A stretch of DNA of 52,572 nt. It comes from a virus. Taxonomy: Duplodnaviria; Caudoviricetes. The number at the start of each line of letters is the position of its first letter. Within the stretch, counting starts at the first letter, position 1. A program made the position numbers and the translations under genes. The stretch spans positions 1-52,572 of IMG/VR virus record IMGVR_UViG_3300032308_000777; one strand, 5' to 3'. The notes beneath the pieces were generated by a model, which saw nothing but the letters and a program-made list of their open reading frames with translations, was not told the origin of the DNA and searched no databases. Of the stretch, positions 45,372-52,572 are shown one piece after another.

Positions 45372-45712
45372 CTGAAAAACTAATTGACCCGCAGGCGGCG
45401 GTGGACTTCATGATCGCCAAGTCAAAGGCCTATGCCCAAGCCGAGGCCAACAAGGTTTACATGGAAGAGCTACGCAAGACGATCAAAGCCGAGCAGATGA
45501 TTGAGGCCGAGACGCTTGGCCACAAGACCGCTGCAATGCAGGAGAGGGAGGCGTATGCCAGCCACCGCTACAAGCAGCATCTGCTGGCCCTCCAGCAGGC
45601 CGTAGAGGTGCGTGAGGAGCTTCGCTGGATGCTGATAGCTGCCCAGGCGAGGATAGAAGTATGGCGTTCACAAGAGGCCACGAACCGAGCAGAGGGTAAA
45701 GCGACCATATGA
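45368..45712 (+). CDS. Hypothetical coiled-coil protein
   Basis: GGAGGAG RBS; QEREAYA...IEVWRSQEA. Confidence 0.7.
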   Translation: MTEKLIDPQAAVDFMIAKSKAYAQAEANKVYMEELRKTIKAEQMIEAETLGHKTAAMQEREAYASHRYKQHLLALQQAVEVREELRWMLIAAQARIEVWRSQEATNRAEGKATI

Positions 45713-45876
45713 AGTGCCCACAGTGCGGAGCACCGACGGATGTGAAGTCAACAAAGCATGAGGCGGGTGCGGTCATCCGCAGGCGCATCTGCTTCAATGA
45801 TCACTCATTTGCCACCGAAGAGAAGGCTGTGTCTAAACCAAAACCGAAGAGGAAACCAGTTGACAACAATCGCTGA
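45709..45876 (+). CDS. NrdR-N/Ogr-like zinc-ribbon protein (55 aa)
   Basis: Read by hand: MKCPQCG...IRRRICFNDHSFATEE. Confidence 0.75.
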   Translation: MKCPQCGAPTDVKSTKHEAGAVIRRRICFNDHSFATEEKAVSKPKPKRKPVDNNR

Positions 45877-46156
45877 ACGATGGCACCTGAATGCGGTGGC
45901 AGAGCTTGGCTGCTCTGTCTGCCGGCGCATGGGGTACCCAGGTACTCCTGCCGAGATACATCACCCAAGGGCCGGAACGGGGGCTGGGAGACGCGCAAGC
46001 CACTGGGACGCTATCCCACTATGCCCGGAGCACCATCGCGGCTCTACGGGCCTGCACGGCCTTGGAACGAAGGGCTTTCCCAAGCACTGGGGCTTCACCG
46101 AGGAGGATCTGCTGGCCGACACCAGGGAACTTTTGGGGATTAGGGTTAGTCCCTAG
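45860..46156 (+). CDS. Ref/DUF968-like HNH nuclease
   Basis: VAELGCSVC...AEIHH...IPLCPEHHRG; TTG start with GAGG RBS. Confidence 0.75.
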   Translation: MTTIAERWHLNAVAELGCSVCRRMGYPGTPAEIHHPRAGTGAGRRASHWDAIPLCPEHHRGSTGLHGLGTKGFPKHWGFTEEDLLADTRELLGIRVSP

Positions 46157-46184
46157 AAAATAATTGGGTCTACCTGTTGTGCGT

Positions 46185-46203
46185 TGTAATTTGCTGTTAC
46201 ACT
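46185..46203 (+). promoter_or_regulatory. Palindromic operator overlapping a -10 element
   Basis: TGTAA-N7-TTACA, with TACACT at 46198-46203. Confidence 0.55.
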
Positions 46204-46255
46204 ACCTTCACTGTCAAGCAATAGTGCAAGACAGCCAACAGCGAAGGACAGCGAA

Positions 46256-46546
46256 ATGACCACAGCAATCACCACCAACAGCATCGACAACCTCGGTGCT
46301 CTCCTGGCCCAGATCTCCGACCTCACCAAGCAGGCCGACGCCATCAAGGACAGCCTCAAGGACGAGGCCAGCCTCTCCGGCCAGAAGTCTTTTGAGGGCG
46401 ACCTCTTCAAGGCCACCTACGTTGAGACCAACCGCTCTACGGTTGACTGGAAGGCCATCGCTAAGGCCCTCAACATCCCCGCCGAGCTGATCGCCCAGCA
46501 CACCAACACCACGGCCGTGTTCTCGGTCAAAGTCACCAGCAAGTAA
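46256..46546 (+). CDS. Hypothetical protein (96 aa)
   Basis: IDNLGALLAQI; RSTVDWKAIA; conserved UTR motif upstream. Confidence 0.75.
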   Translation: MTTAITTNSIDNLGALLAQISDLTKQADAIKDSLKDEASLSGQKSFEGDLFKATYVETNRSTVDWKAIAKALNIPAELIAQHTNTTAVFSVKVTSK

Positions 46547-46552
46547 TCAAAC

Positions 46553-46569
46553 GGGGGGCTTCGGCCCCC
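46553..46569 (+). terminator. cUUCGg stem-loop
   Basis: GGGGGC-TTCG-GCCCCC; no U-tract, followed by an RBS. Confidence 0.45.
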
Positions 46570-46582
46570 ATAGGAGAACACC

Positions 46583-46891
46583 ATGCAATACGCAAATCAA
46601 TACGGCTACAGCGATGTGTACCCATTTGAAGTGGTCAAGGTCATCAGCGACAAGACCATCGAGATCCGCGAGATGGACGCGGTGCAGGATGAGTCGGTCA
46701 AGCTCGAGTGGGTGGCCGGTGGCTTTGCCGGGCACTGCGTCAACCAGCGTGATCAGCGGTGGTTCATCTCGAGCAACCCCGAGAACAAGATCATCCGCAT
46801 CCGCCTGGGCAAGCAGGGCTGGAAAGACAAGCATGGCCGCAAGTTCGGCCTGTCCGACAAGCCCACCCGTTTTTACGACTACAACTTCTGA
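46583..46891 (+). CDS. Hypothetical protein (102 aa)
   Basis: AGGAG RBS; YSDVYPFEVV...FYDYNF. Confidence 0.75.
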   Translation: MQYANQYGYSDVYPFEVVKVISDKTIEIREMDAVQDESVKLEWVAGGFAGHCVNQRDQRWFISSNPENKIIRIRLGKQGWKDKHGRKFGLSDKPTRFYDYNF

Positions 46892-46893
46892 CC

Positions 46894-47091
46894 ATGAAAA
46901 ACACCGAAGCAAGCTACATCAACGCCGGCTACCGGCTCGAGAAGGCCATCATTGATGGCAAGACCGACACAGCAATCATTGCGAAGATGCAGAACATCCG
47001 CCTGATGCTCGAGGTCGAAGCAATCGACGAGCACCAGGAAGCCCGCCGCCTTGTCGAGCGGGGTCGCCAGGAGGCAAGGAATGATCGCTGA
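46894..47091 (+). CDS. Hypothetical protein (65 aa)
   Basis: ATG directly after the upstream stop. Confidence 0.6.
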   Translation: MKNTEASYINAGYRLEKAIIDGKTDTAIIAKMQNIRLMLEVEAIDEHQEARRLVERGRQEARNDR

Positions 47092-47554
47092 CAAGCCCCT
47101 GGCACAGTACCACCCCAAGGTGGGAGATCTCTGGCGCAGCCGGCATCAGGAGCCAAATGGCCAGGAGTTCGACGGCTTGCCTGAGTGGATGATCACCGAC
47201 CCGATGCCCCAGGAAGATCTTGCTGACTTGCAGCGCATCATTGGGGAGTTTATCGATGCCCTCACCAAGCGCGAGGCGATGGTGATCAGGATGCGGTTTT
47301 GGGATGAGCTTACGCTTACAGAGTGCGGAGAGAAGCTCGGCGTTACCGGGACGCGGGCGCAGCAGATCTACTCCAATGCCATGCGCAAGCTGCGCCATCC
47401 AAGCATTACGGTGGTTCTTCGCCAATACAGCCAATGGTCACAGTGGTTTACATGGTTTTTGAAAAATGCACAGAGCAAAGATAGGCGCAAGATATACCGG
47501 GCTTTGTGCATGCAATACCCCTGTGATGAACTCGGGTATAGCGTATATCTGTAA
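47081..47554 (+). CDS. Sigma70 region-4 domain protein
   Basis: LTKREAMVIRMRF...TLTECGEKLGVTGTRAQQIYSNAMRKLRHP; AGGAGG RBS. Confidence 0.75.
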   Translation: MIADKPLAQYHPKVGDLWRSRHQEPNGQEFDGLPEWMITDPMPQEDLADLQRIIGEFIDALTKREAMVIRMRFWDELTLTECGEKLGVTGTRAQQIYSNAMRKLRHPSITVVLRQYSQWSQWFTWFLKNAQSKDRRKIYRALCMQYPCDELGYSVYL

Positions 47555-47568
47555 CTTCAGATTACAAT
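47550..47568 (+). promoter_or_regulatory. Palindromic operator overlapping a -10 element
   Basis: TGTAA-N7-TTACA, with TACAAT at 47563-47568. Confidence 0.55.
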
Positions 47569-47608
47569 GGCATCACTGCAATCAGCAGGATAGCGAAGGA
47601 GAAGTGAA

Positions 47609-47782
47609 ATGAACCGCGAAGCATACGAAGTCCTGAACCCCTCGTTTAACGACTTAAACATTGAGCAGCAGATTGAGCATGGCATCAACGACTGGTGTGC
47701 CGAGGGCAAGAGTGGTCACCCCTACTTTGGCCGCACCAAGGCTGAGGCTGAGGCCATCCGTTCACAGTTCAACGACCGTTGA
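47609..47782 (+). CDS. Small hypothetical protein (57 aa, MNREAYEVLNPSF...)
   Basis: Read by hand; AAGGAG RBS. Confidence 0.65.
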   Translation: MNREAYEVLNPSFNDLNIEQQIEHGINDWCAEGKSGHPYFGRTKAEAEAIRSQFNDR

Positions 47783-47812
47783 ATCAGACACCAACAGCGA
47801 AGGAAAAGCGAA

Positions 47813-48028
47813 ATGAACGAACTGGAAACCAAGTTTTACAACGAAGACGGCGAAGTGCGTTACCGCCCGACTTCCGACTACGCAAGCGCCCTGGCCCACG
47901 ACCGTCTGGCCTTCTGCTCTGTTTGCACCGAAGTCCACGACGACATCGGCCCTAACTTCGCGTACTCCTACTGCGGGTACTGCAAGAACGACACCGTATT
48001 TGGACATCTTCACTTCGACAAAATCTAA
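47813..48028 (+). CDS. Small zinc-finger-like protein
   Basis: FCSVC...YCGYC; conserved UTR motif upstream. Confidence 0.7.
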   Translation: MNELETKFYNEDGEVRYRPTSDYASALAHDRLAFCSVCTEVHDDIGPNFAYSYCGYCKNDTVFGHLHFDKI

Positions 48029-48039
48029 GGAGCGACATC

Positions 48040-48219
48040 ATGAAACAAGAACTTGAATTCTCCATCGCCGCCAACGAGGCACGCATCTTCGCCGACTCTC
48101 ACGAGGACGGCCTGTGGCTGTCTATGAACGTGCGAGGCGGCAGCGCCTACACCACTATGAGCAAAGAGGCTGCACGCGAGCTTATCGCCGCCCTGATGCT
48201 GATCGTAGAGGCCGACTGA
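48040..48219 (+). CDS. Small hypothetical protein (59 aa, MKQELEFSIA...)
   Basis: Read by hand; TAAGGAG RBS. Confidence 0.65.
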   Translation: MKQELEFSIAANEARIFADSHEDGLWLSMNVRGGSAYTTMSKEAARELIAALMLIVEAD

Positions 48220-48229
48220 GGAGGCCGAG

Positions 48230-48430
48230 GTGAAGATCGAAAAGAACGTGCCCATACCGAAAAAGTACCCGTTTGCTGGCATGCAGGTGGGCGACAGCTT
48301 CGCCGTGCCGCCGGACGTTAAACGCCCGGCGGTGTCTGTGGCAGCGATGCGCTTTGGCCTGAAACACGGGATGAAATTCACCGTGCGGCAGGTGGCCGAC
48401 AAGACTTTCCGCTGCTGGAGGATTGCATGA
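48230..48430 (+). CDS. Small putative DNA-binding protein
   Basis: IEKNVPIP..YPFAGMQVGDSF...RCWRI; GAGGAGG RBS. Confidence 0.7.
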   Translation: MKIEKNVPIPKKYPFAGMQVGDSFAVPPDVKRPAVSVAAMRFGLKHGMKFTVRQVADKTFRCWRIA

Positions 48431-48660
48431 CTGACAGACAACTGCTTGCGCTGCTGTGCGACTTCTACCAAGTTCAAAGAGAAGTGGTGCTGTCCATGTT
48501 GGATGCGATTGACATGTTTGAGCGCGGGCGAGACATACCTATGTGGTACGCCCTCTTCCAGTGGTGCGAGGCCAAGGATGAGCGGGAAGAGTACTGGGCC
48601 AAGTTCAAGCATCACTACCCCGATGCGATTGCATTGAAGGAGGGCGTGAGCTATGACTAA
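48427..48660 (+). CDS. Hypothetical protein (77 aa)
   Basis: ATGA overlap. Confidence 0.55.
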   Translation: MTDRQLLALLCDFYQVQREVVLSMLDAIDMFERGRDIPMWYALFQWCEAKDEREEYWAKFKHHYPDAIALKEGVSYD

Positions 48661-49018
48661 GAAGACACAATCCCAGCGGCTGGCTGGCAACTTAGACATG
48701 TACGCGACGGGAGACAAGCATCAGGGGGACATTGAAGAAGCCGCCGCCATCCGAACCAAAGCTTTGAAGCTGGCTCAAGAAGCACTTCACATGGCTACGC
48801 TGCCATTCCCGATTGATCAGGTAAAAACGCAGCGTGCGCTCGAGGCGGTGGACGACGCACTGGATGCCATGCCACTGTTCAACGACTGGTGCCCGCCCTG
48901 CAACCAGAAGTGTGAGCAGGGGCGACAGTGCCCCAGCCAGGGCGGGGATGGCCTGATCTGGGAGGTGCTGGCAGCCGCGGCATTCTTCATTGCGATCTTG
49001 CTTGCGTGCTTTTTGTGA
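48653..49018 (+). CDS. Hypothetical protein with [15 protein letters not shown] motif and C-terminal TM
   Basis: AAGGAGG RBS. Confidence 0.6.
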   Translation: MTKKTQSQRLAGNLDMYATGDKHQGDIEEAAAIRTKALKLAQEALHMATLPFPIDQVKTQRALEAVDDALDAMPLFNDWCPPCNQKCEQGRQCPSQGGDGLIWEVLAAAAFFIAILLACFL

Positions 49019-49042
49019 ATGAAACTTTAAAGGAGAAAATAC

Positions 49043-49477
49043 ATGATTGATTTTGTCTCAACCCATCCAAATGCTGACCAACAGACCGTGGCCTGCGCCC
49101 GGTTGCTGGCTGCCGTGATCGCCCAGGCCATTGAGGACGCATCAAGCAAGCACAGCAGCGGCTCAGAGGCTCAGTCTGCCGTCGCGTGGTTGTTTGATGA
49201 GGACACCAACTTTGCAGGTTATGCCGCCCTGATTGGTGCTGACCCGCAGGCTATGCGCAAGGCCTTGCTGGAGCCCCATAGAAATTCTGACGTTGACCCA
49301 AAGCACAGCCGGTTCGATGAAGGAAGGCGCCGCGTTTTCAGAATTCATCACATAGCCTATCTCAAAAGGCGGCAGTTAGAGAGAGAGGCACAGGAGCAGA
49401 TGGAGGCCGCGACAGATGCGGCAATAACCCAATCGAAACCCAGTCGAAAGCGAATCGGTTATAAAAATACTTTGTAG
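49043..49477 (+). CDS. Hypothetical protein, possible late regulator
   Basis: AAGGAG RBS; LLAAVIAQAIEDA...AVAWLF. Confidence 0.65.
   Translation: MIDFVSTHPNADQQTVACARLLAAVIAQAIEDASSKHSSGSEAQSAVAWLFDEDTNFAGYAALIGADPQAMRKALLEPHRNSDVDPKHSRFDEGRRRVFRIHHIAYLKRRQLEREAQEQMEAATDAAITQSKPSRKRIGYKNTL
49426..49463. repeat. Iteron-like 11-bp tandem array
   Basis: AACCCAATCG AAACCCAGTCG AAAGCGAATCG GTTATA. Confidence 0.6.
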
Positions 49478-49483
49478 AACCTG

Positions 49484-49511
49484 TTGACATTCGTTGCGTC
49501 GGGCGTATACT
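49484..49511 (+). promoter_or_regulatory. Near-consensus sigma70 promoter
   Basis: TTGACA-N16-TATACT. Confidence 0.8.
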
Positions 49512-49517
49512 GCGCAC

Positions 49518-49616
49518 CGTTGCCGTAGGAAGCGACAAGTCGAAGCCGTTTACTCATGCCTCTGCCCTTGTTCAATCAAGGGTTCCTACCAGGGGCAGTA
49601 GTAAACGGCTTTTTTG
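49518..49616 (+). ncRNA. Structured leader RNA/sRNA with possible loop-loop pseudoknot and terminator
   Basis: 12-bp stem 49543-49554/49600-49611 plus T-run; inner stems; GTAGGAA/TTCCTAC complementarity. Confidence 0.6.
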
Positions 49617-49628
49617 TTTCCAGTGGCA

Positions 49629-49830
49629 ACCGCACATCATGCGGTACGTCGGTGGTGATGAATGCGAAACCCCGTGACACGAGCAAGCCAGAGCGGGGGC
49701 GGTGGGCGAATCCCAGAGCCGGGCGGTTGAAAGAAGTCTGGGATGCTGTCGAGGAATGGCTCCATACGGCAGGAAAGCGGGCCCGTGTCTCACGGTATGG
49801 GCTTGCTATGCTCAGAATTCCACCACCGGC
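49629..49830 (+). ncRNA. Putative multi-stem structured RNA
   Basis: Six complementary segment pairs found by eye in a region without a convincing ORF. Confidence 0.45.
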
Positions 49831-49896
49831 AGTCGAAAGAGGATAAAATGCAGGGGCAGGCGAAGCCCTGAAAGTGCATGCGCGATTACCAACAAT

Positions 49897-49946
49897 CAAG
49901 CGAATCAATAGCGAACCGAAACCGAATCAAAACCGAATCGGTTATA
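49897..49946. repeat. Iteron-like 11-bp tandem array
   Basis: CAAGCGAATCA ATAGCGAACCG AAACCGAATCA AAACCGAATCG GTTATA. Confidence 0.7.
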
Positions 49947-50041
49947 GATCAAGCCGAAAGCGGATGCTGCGGACAAGTCCCATGGTCACCGAGACCCAGT
50001 GCAGCGAGTAGGCCCCAACAACTGAGCGAGGAATACGGGTA

Positions 50042-50635
50042 ATGCCAGAAACCGCCAAGAAGACCGCCGCAAAGGCGCCAAAACAGCCTCAGAAGGCCGC
50101 AAAGCCCAAAGCCAAGGGTGAGGTATCCATCGCGCCGCAAAAGCCTATAGAGCCCATAAAGAAGATGGGCCGCCCATCCAAGTACACCCCAGAGATCGCA
50201 CGGCAGATGTGCGAGCTCCTAGCAGATGGAGTCCCCCTAAGACAAATCTGCCGAATGGACGGCATGCCAGCATGGAGAACGGTGTATGACTGGATGACGC
50301 GAGATGAGGCTCTTTCCGCATCCATCGCACGCGCTCGTGAAGTTGGCCAGGATGCCATTGCCGAACAGGTCTGGCTAGACATCAACCTTCCTCCTGAGCG
50401 GATCCTGTCCGAGGGTGGTGGCCGGATCGACTCGGGCTATGTTCAATGGCAGAAGGCCAAGGCCGAGATCGCCCTGAAGCTTCTGGCCAAGTGGAACCCG
50501 AAGCGGTATGGCGACCGGGTTCAATTAGCCGGGGATGCTGACAGCCCAATCAAGATTGAGGCGGAGGTGCAGGCAGAGAACCTGCTGACCGCGATGCTCA
50601 ACAACGTCGAGTTGAAGAAGCAGGCTGATGACTGA
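50042..50635 (+). CDS. terS: Terminase small subunit
   Basis: GRPSKYTPEIA, LRQIC, MPAWRTVYDW, KWNPKRYGDR; directly upstream of terL. Confidence 0.85.
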   Translation: MPETAKKTAAKAPKQPQKAAKPKAKGEVSIAPQKPIEPIKKMGRPSKYTPEIARQMCELLADGVPLRQICRMDGMPAWRTVYDWMTRDEALSASIARAREVGQDAIAEQVWLDINLPPERILSEGGGRIDSGYVQWQKAKAEIALKLLAKWNPKRYGDRVQLAGDADSPIKIEAEVQAENLLTAMLNNVELKKQADD

Positions 50636-52046
50636 CATGGCCGAGATCCTCGCCGACCCGGAGGTCCAGGCGAGTCTCAAGGCGGCTAGGCCGGAGTTCA
50701 GGCTTGCCTGGGCATGGCGGATGTCCTGGTTCCAGGTCCAGCACAAGCATCAGGTGCTGCCTCATGGGGACTGGTGGTCGATCTGGCTGATGCTCGCTGG
50801 CCGCGGTGCCGGCAAGACCCGGACGGCCGCGGAGCAGATCGGCTGGTGGGCCTGGGAGAACCCAGGCACCCGCTGGCTGGTGGCCGCCCCGACCTCGAGC
50901 GATGTCAGATCAACGTGCTTTGAGGGCGACTCCGGCCTGATGACGGTAATTCCCTCTGCCCTGGTTGCCGACTACAACAAGGCCCTCCACGAACTCAAGC
51001 TGATCAACGGCTCGCTCATCAAGGGTATACCCGCATCGGAGCCTGAGCGCTTCCGGGGGCCACAATTTCATGGAGCGTGGTGCGACGAGCTGGCCGCCTG
51101 GGATTACCTTCAAGACGCCTGGGACCAGATCATGTTCGGTGTCCGACTGGGCCAGCGCACCAGGATCATCTGCACCACAACCCCGAAGCCCAAGGACTTG
51201 ATCGTCGAGCTTGTGGGCCGGGAGGGAGACGACGTCGTGCTGACGACCGCCTCGACTTACGCCAACCTTGCGAACCTGTCTGACAACTTCAGGAAGCAGA
51301 TCCTTCAATATGAGGGGACGACCCTGGGCCGCCAGGAGATCTACGCCGAGATCATCGACCCCGAGGAAGGCGGCATCGTCAGCCGGGACATGTTCAAGCT
51401 TTGGCCGGCCGGCAAGGCTTTCCCGAAGTTCGAGTACATCGTCCAGTCCTACGACGTGGCCACTTCCGAGAAGGTGCAGAACGACCCGACGGCCTGCATT
51501 ACCTTTGGCGTGTTCAAGCCCCTAGACGGCCCGATGTCCGCAATGGTCATCGACTGCTGGCAGGAGCGCATGCAGTACCCGGATCTGAGGCCAAAGGTGA
51601 TCGAGGAGTACGAGACGGTCTTCGGCGAGGGCAAGGACAGGAAGCGGGTGGATCTGCTGTTGATCGAGGACAAGAGCGCCGGCATCAGCCTGATCCAGGA
51701 CTTGCAGCGGGCGCACCTGCCCGTGCGGGCCTACAACCCTGGCCGGGCCGACAAGATGCAGCGGCTGAACATCGTCAGCAACATCATCGCCCGCGGTCGG
51801 GTCTGGATACCCGAGTCGGACGCTAGGAAGGGGTTCGTCAAGGACTGGGCCGAGGGGTTCGTGAGCCAGATCTGCTCGTTCCCAGCGACCACTCATGACG
51901 ATTACGTCGATGCCTGCACCCAGGCCCTGCGATATCTGCGGGACGCCGGCTGGCTCGAGATCGACCCGCCGCCTCAGGAAGACTGGGACGACGAGGACTA
52001 TGCCGATACCGGCAGACAACGCAGGGTAAACCCGTATGCAGTCTAA
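50628..52046 (+). CDS. terL: Terminase large subunit
   Basis: AGRGAGKT, RGPQFHGAWCDE, TTTPKP, QSYDVA, IEDKSAG, FPATTHDDYVDA. Confidence 0.95.
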   Translation: MTDMAEILADPEVQASLKAARPEFRLAWAWRMSWFQVQHKHQVLPHGDWWSIWLMLAGRGAGKTRTAAEQIGWWAWENPGTRWLVAAPTSSDVRSTCFEGDSGLMTVIPSALVADYNKALHELKLINGSLIKGIPASEPERFRGPQFHGAWCDELAAWDYLQDAWDQIMFGVRLGQRTRIICTTTPKPKDLIVELVGREGDDVVLTTASTYANLANLSDNFRKQILQYEGTTLGRQEIYAEIIDPEEGGIVSRDMFKLWPAGKAFPKFEYIVQSYDVATSEKVQNDPTACITFGVFKPLDGPMSAMVIDCWQERMQYPDLRPKVIEEYETVFGEGKDRKRVDLLLIEDKSAGISLIQDLQRAHLPVRAYNPGRADKMQRLNIVSNIIARGRVWIPESDARKGFVKDWAEGFVSQICSFPATTHDDYVDACTQALRYLRDAGWLEIDPPPQEDWDDEDYADTGRQRRVNPYAV

Positions 52047-52269
52047 AGATATGAATAAGGCCTGGACGATCACGCCAAACGCGGTCAGTTGCGCAAAGTC
52101 AACGGTGTGCCAGAACCGGCTCGAGTTGCTGGTTGATCCGGGTATGCGGTCGGAGTCTATGGCGAAGTGGGCGCATGCTGCGGTTGATCATTGGCTGGCC
52201 TCGAGGGTGGACTTGACAAGCCCCGACGTTTATGATGTCGGCACTGTGAAAGGGTCCGGACATGGCTAA
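52036..52269 (+). CDS. Hypothetical protein (77 aa)
   Basis: Fills the gap, overlapping the terL stop and the next start. Confidence 0.5.
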   Translation: MQSKDMNKAWTITPNAVSCAKSTVCQNRLELLVDPGMRSESMAKWAHAAVDHWLASRVDLTSPDVYDVGTVKGSGHG

Positions 52270-52572
52270 GGCAATCGAGAAACTCAAGGCGATGGCTAAA
52301 GCGCGGTCGTCTGCGCAAGCGCTCAAGAAGTGGGCCGAGTCCGGCGGTGACGTACCTTTGAACTACAAGGGCCGCGAACATGTCTGGGCCAAGAAGGTCA
52401 AGAAGTTCGCCGAGGGTGGCGAAGCTCAGATGCAGGCTGGAGGGATCGCCAAGCTGGCCAAGCTGCTCAAGGGCACTCAGGAGACCCTGCCGGCAGCAGA
52501 GCGTCAGGCCAACCTTGCCAAGTTCATTGAGCCTAGCAAGGTGCAGCAGCGCCTGTACCACGGCACCACTGC
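52262..52572 (+). CDS. 5' part of the large polyvalent protein (continues at position 124)
   Basis: ATG 52262, MAKAIEKLKAMAK...FAEGGEAQMQAGGIAKL; no stop; in frame with 92..4822 through the terminal repeat. Confidence 0.85.
   Translation, partial: MAKAIEKLKAMAKARSSAQALKKWAESGGDVPLNYKGREHVWAKKVKKFAEGGEAQMQAGGIAKLAKLLKGTQETLPAAERQANLAKFIEPSKVQQRLYHGTT
52450..52572. repeat. Terminal direct repeat, copy 2
   Basis: Identical to 1-123. Confidence 0.95.

Noticed and set aside
46141-46155. TAGGG-TTAGT-CCCTA inverted repeat as a regulatory site
   Set aside because: Single copy with 5-bp arms overlapping a gene end; cannot be distinguished from chance here.
49556-49911. ORFs 49556..49846, 49702..49911 and antisense ORFs as real genes
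   Set aside because: No RBS, atypical composition, and they cross a terminator stem and an iteron array; a non-coding interpretation fits better.
49897-49946. CRISPR or mini-CRISPR array
   Set aside because: The 11-bp tandem units have no unique spacers, and there is no cas operon (the PD-(D/E)XK nuclease sits with SSB in a recombination operon).

Overview
The window is an apparently complete, circularly permuted tailed dsDNA phage genome of about 52.45 kb. Bases 1-123 equal 52450-52572, most likely an assembly overlap. The gene set is podovirus-like: terminase, portal, GroES, Mu-gpT-like major capsid, tail adaptors and nozzle, tail fibres, lysis genes, four ejection-type proteins (one with an SLT domain), a leftward recombination operon and a Cro-like/DUF1376 initiator/helicase/RusA early operon. 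I found no integrase, CI repressor, DNA polymerase, canonical prohead protease or tRNA. A proteobacterial (possibly Betaproteobacteria) host is a guess from gene style. All product calls come from motif recognition by eye, not database searches. The best candidate novel system is a genome-wide hydrophobic-x-x-Gly-Gly peptide tag. A 13-aa double-GG linker separates the effector modules of a ~1669-aa polyvalent protein that spans the contig ends. The tag also occurs 12 or more times in a low-complexity late protein, and it precedes a tape-measure-C-terminal-like domain in an ejection protein. This suggests a polyprotein processing or virion-loading system. Other highlights are a highly structured non-coding locus bracketed by initiator-type iterons upstream of terminase, Russian-doll nested domains in the tail nozzle protein, and a repeated operator and 5'-UTR motif.
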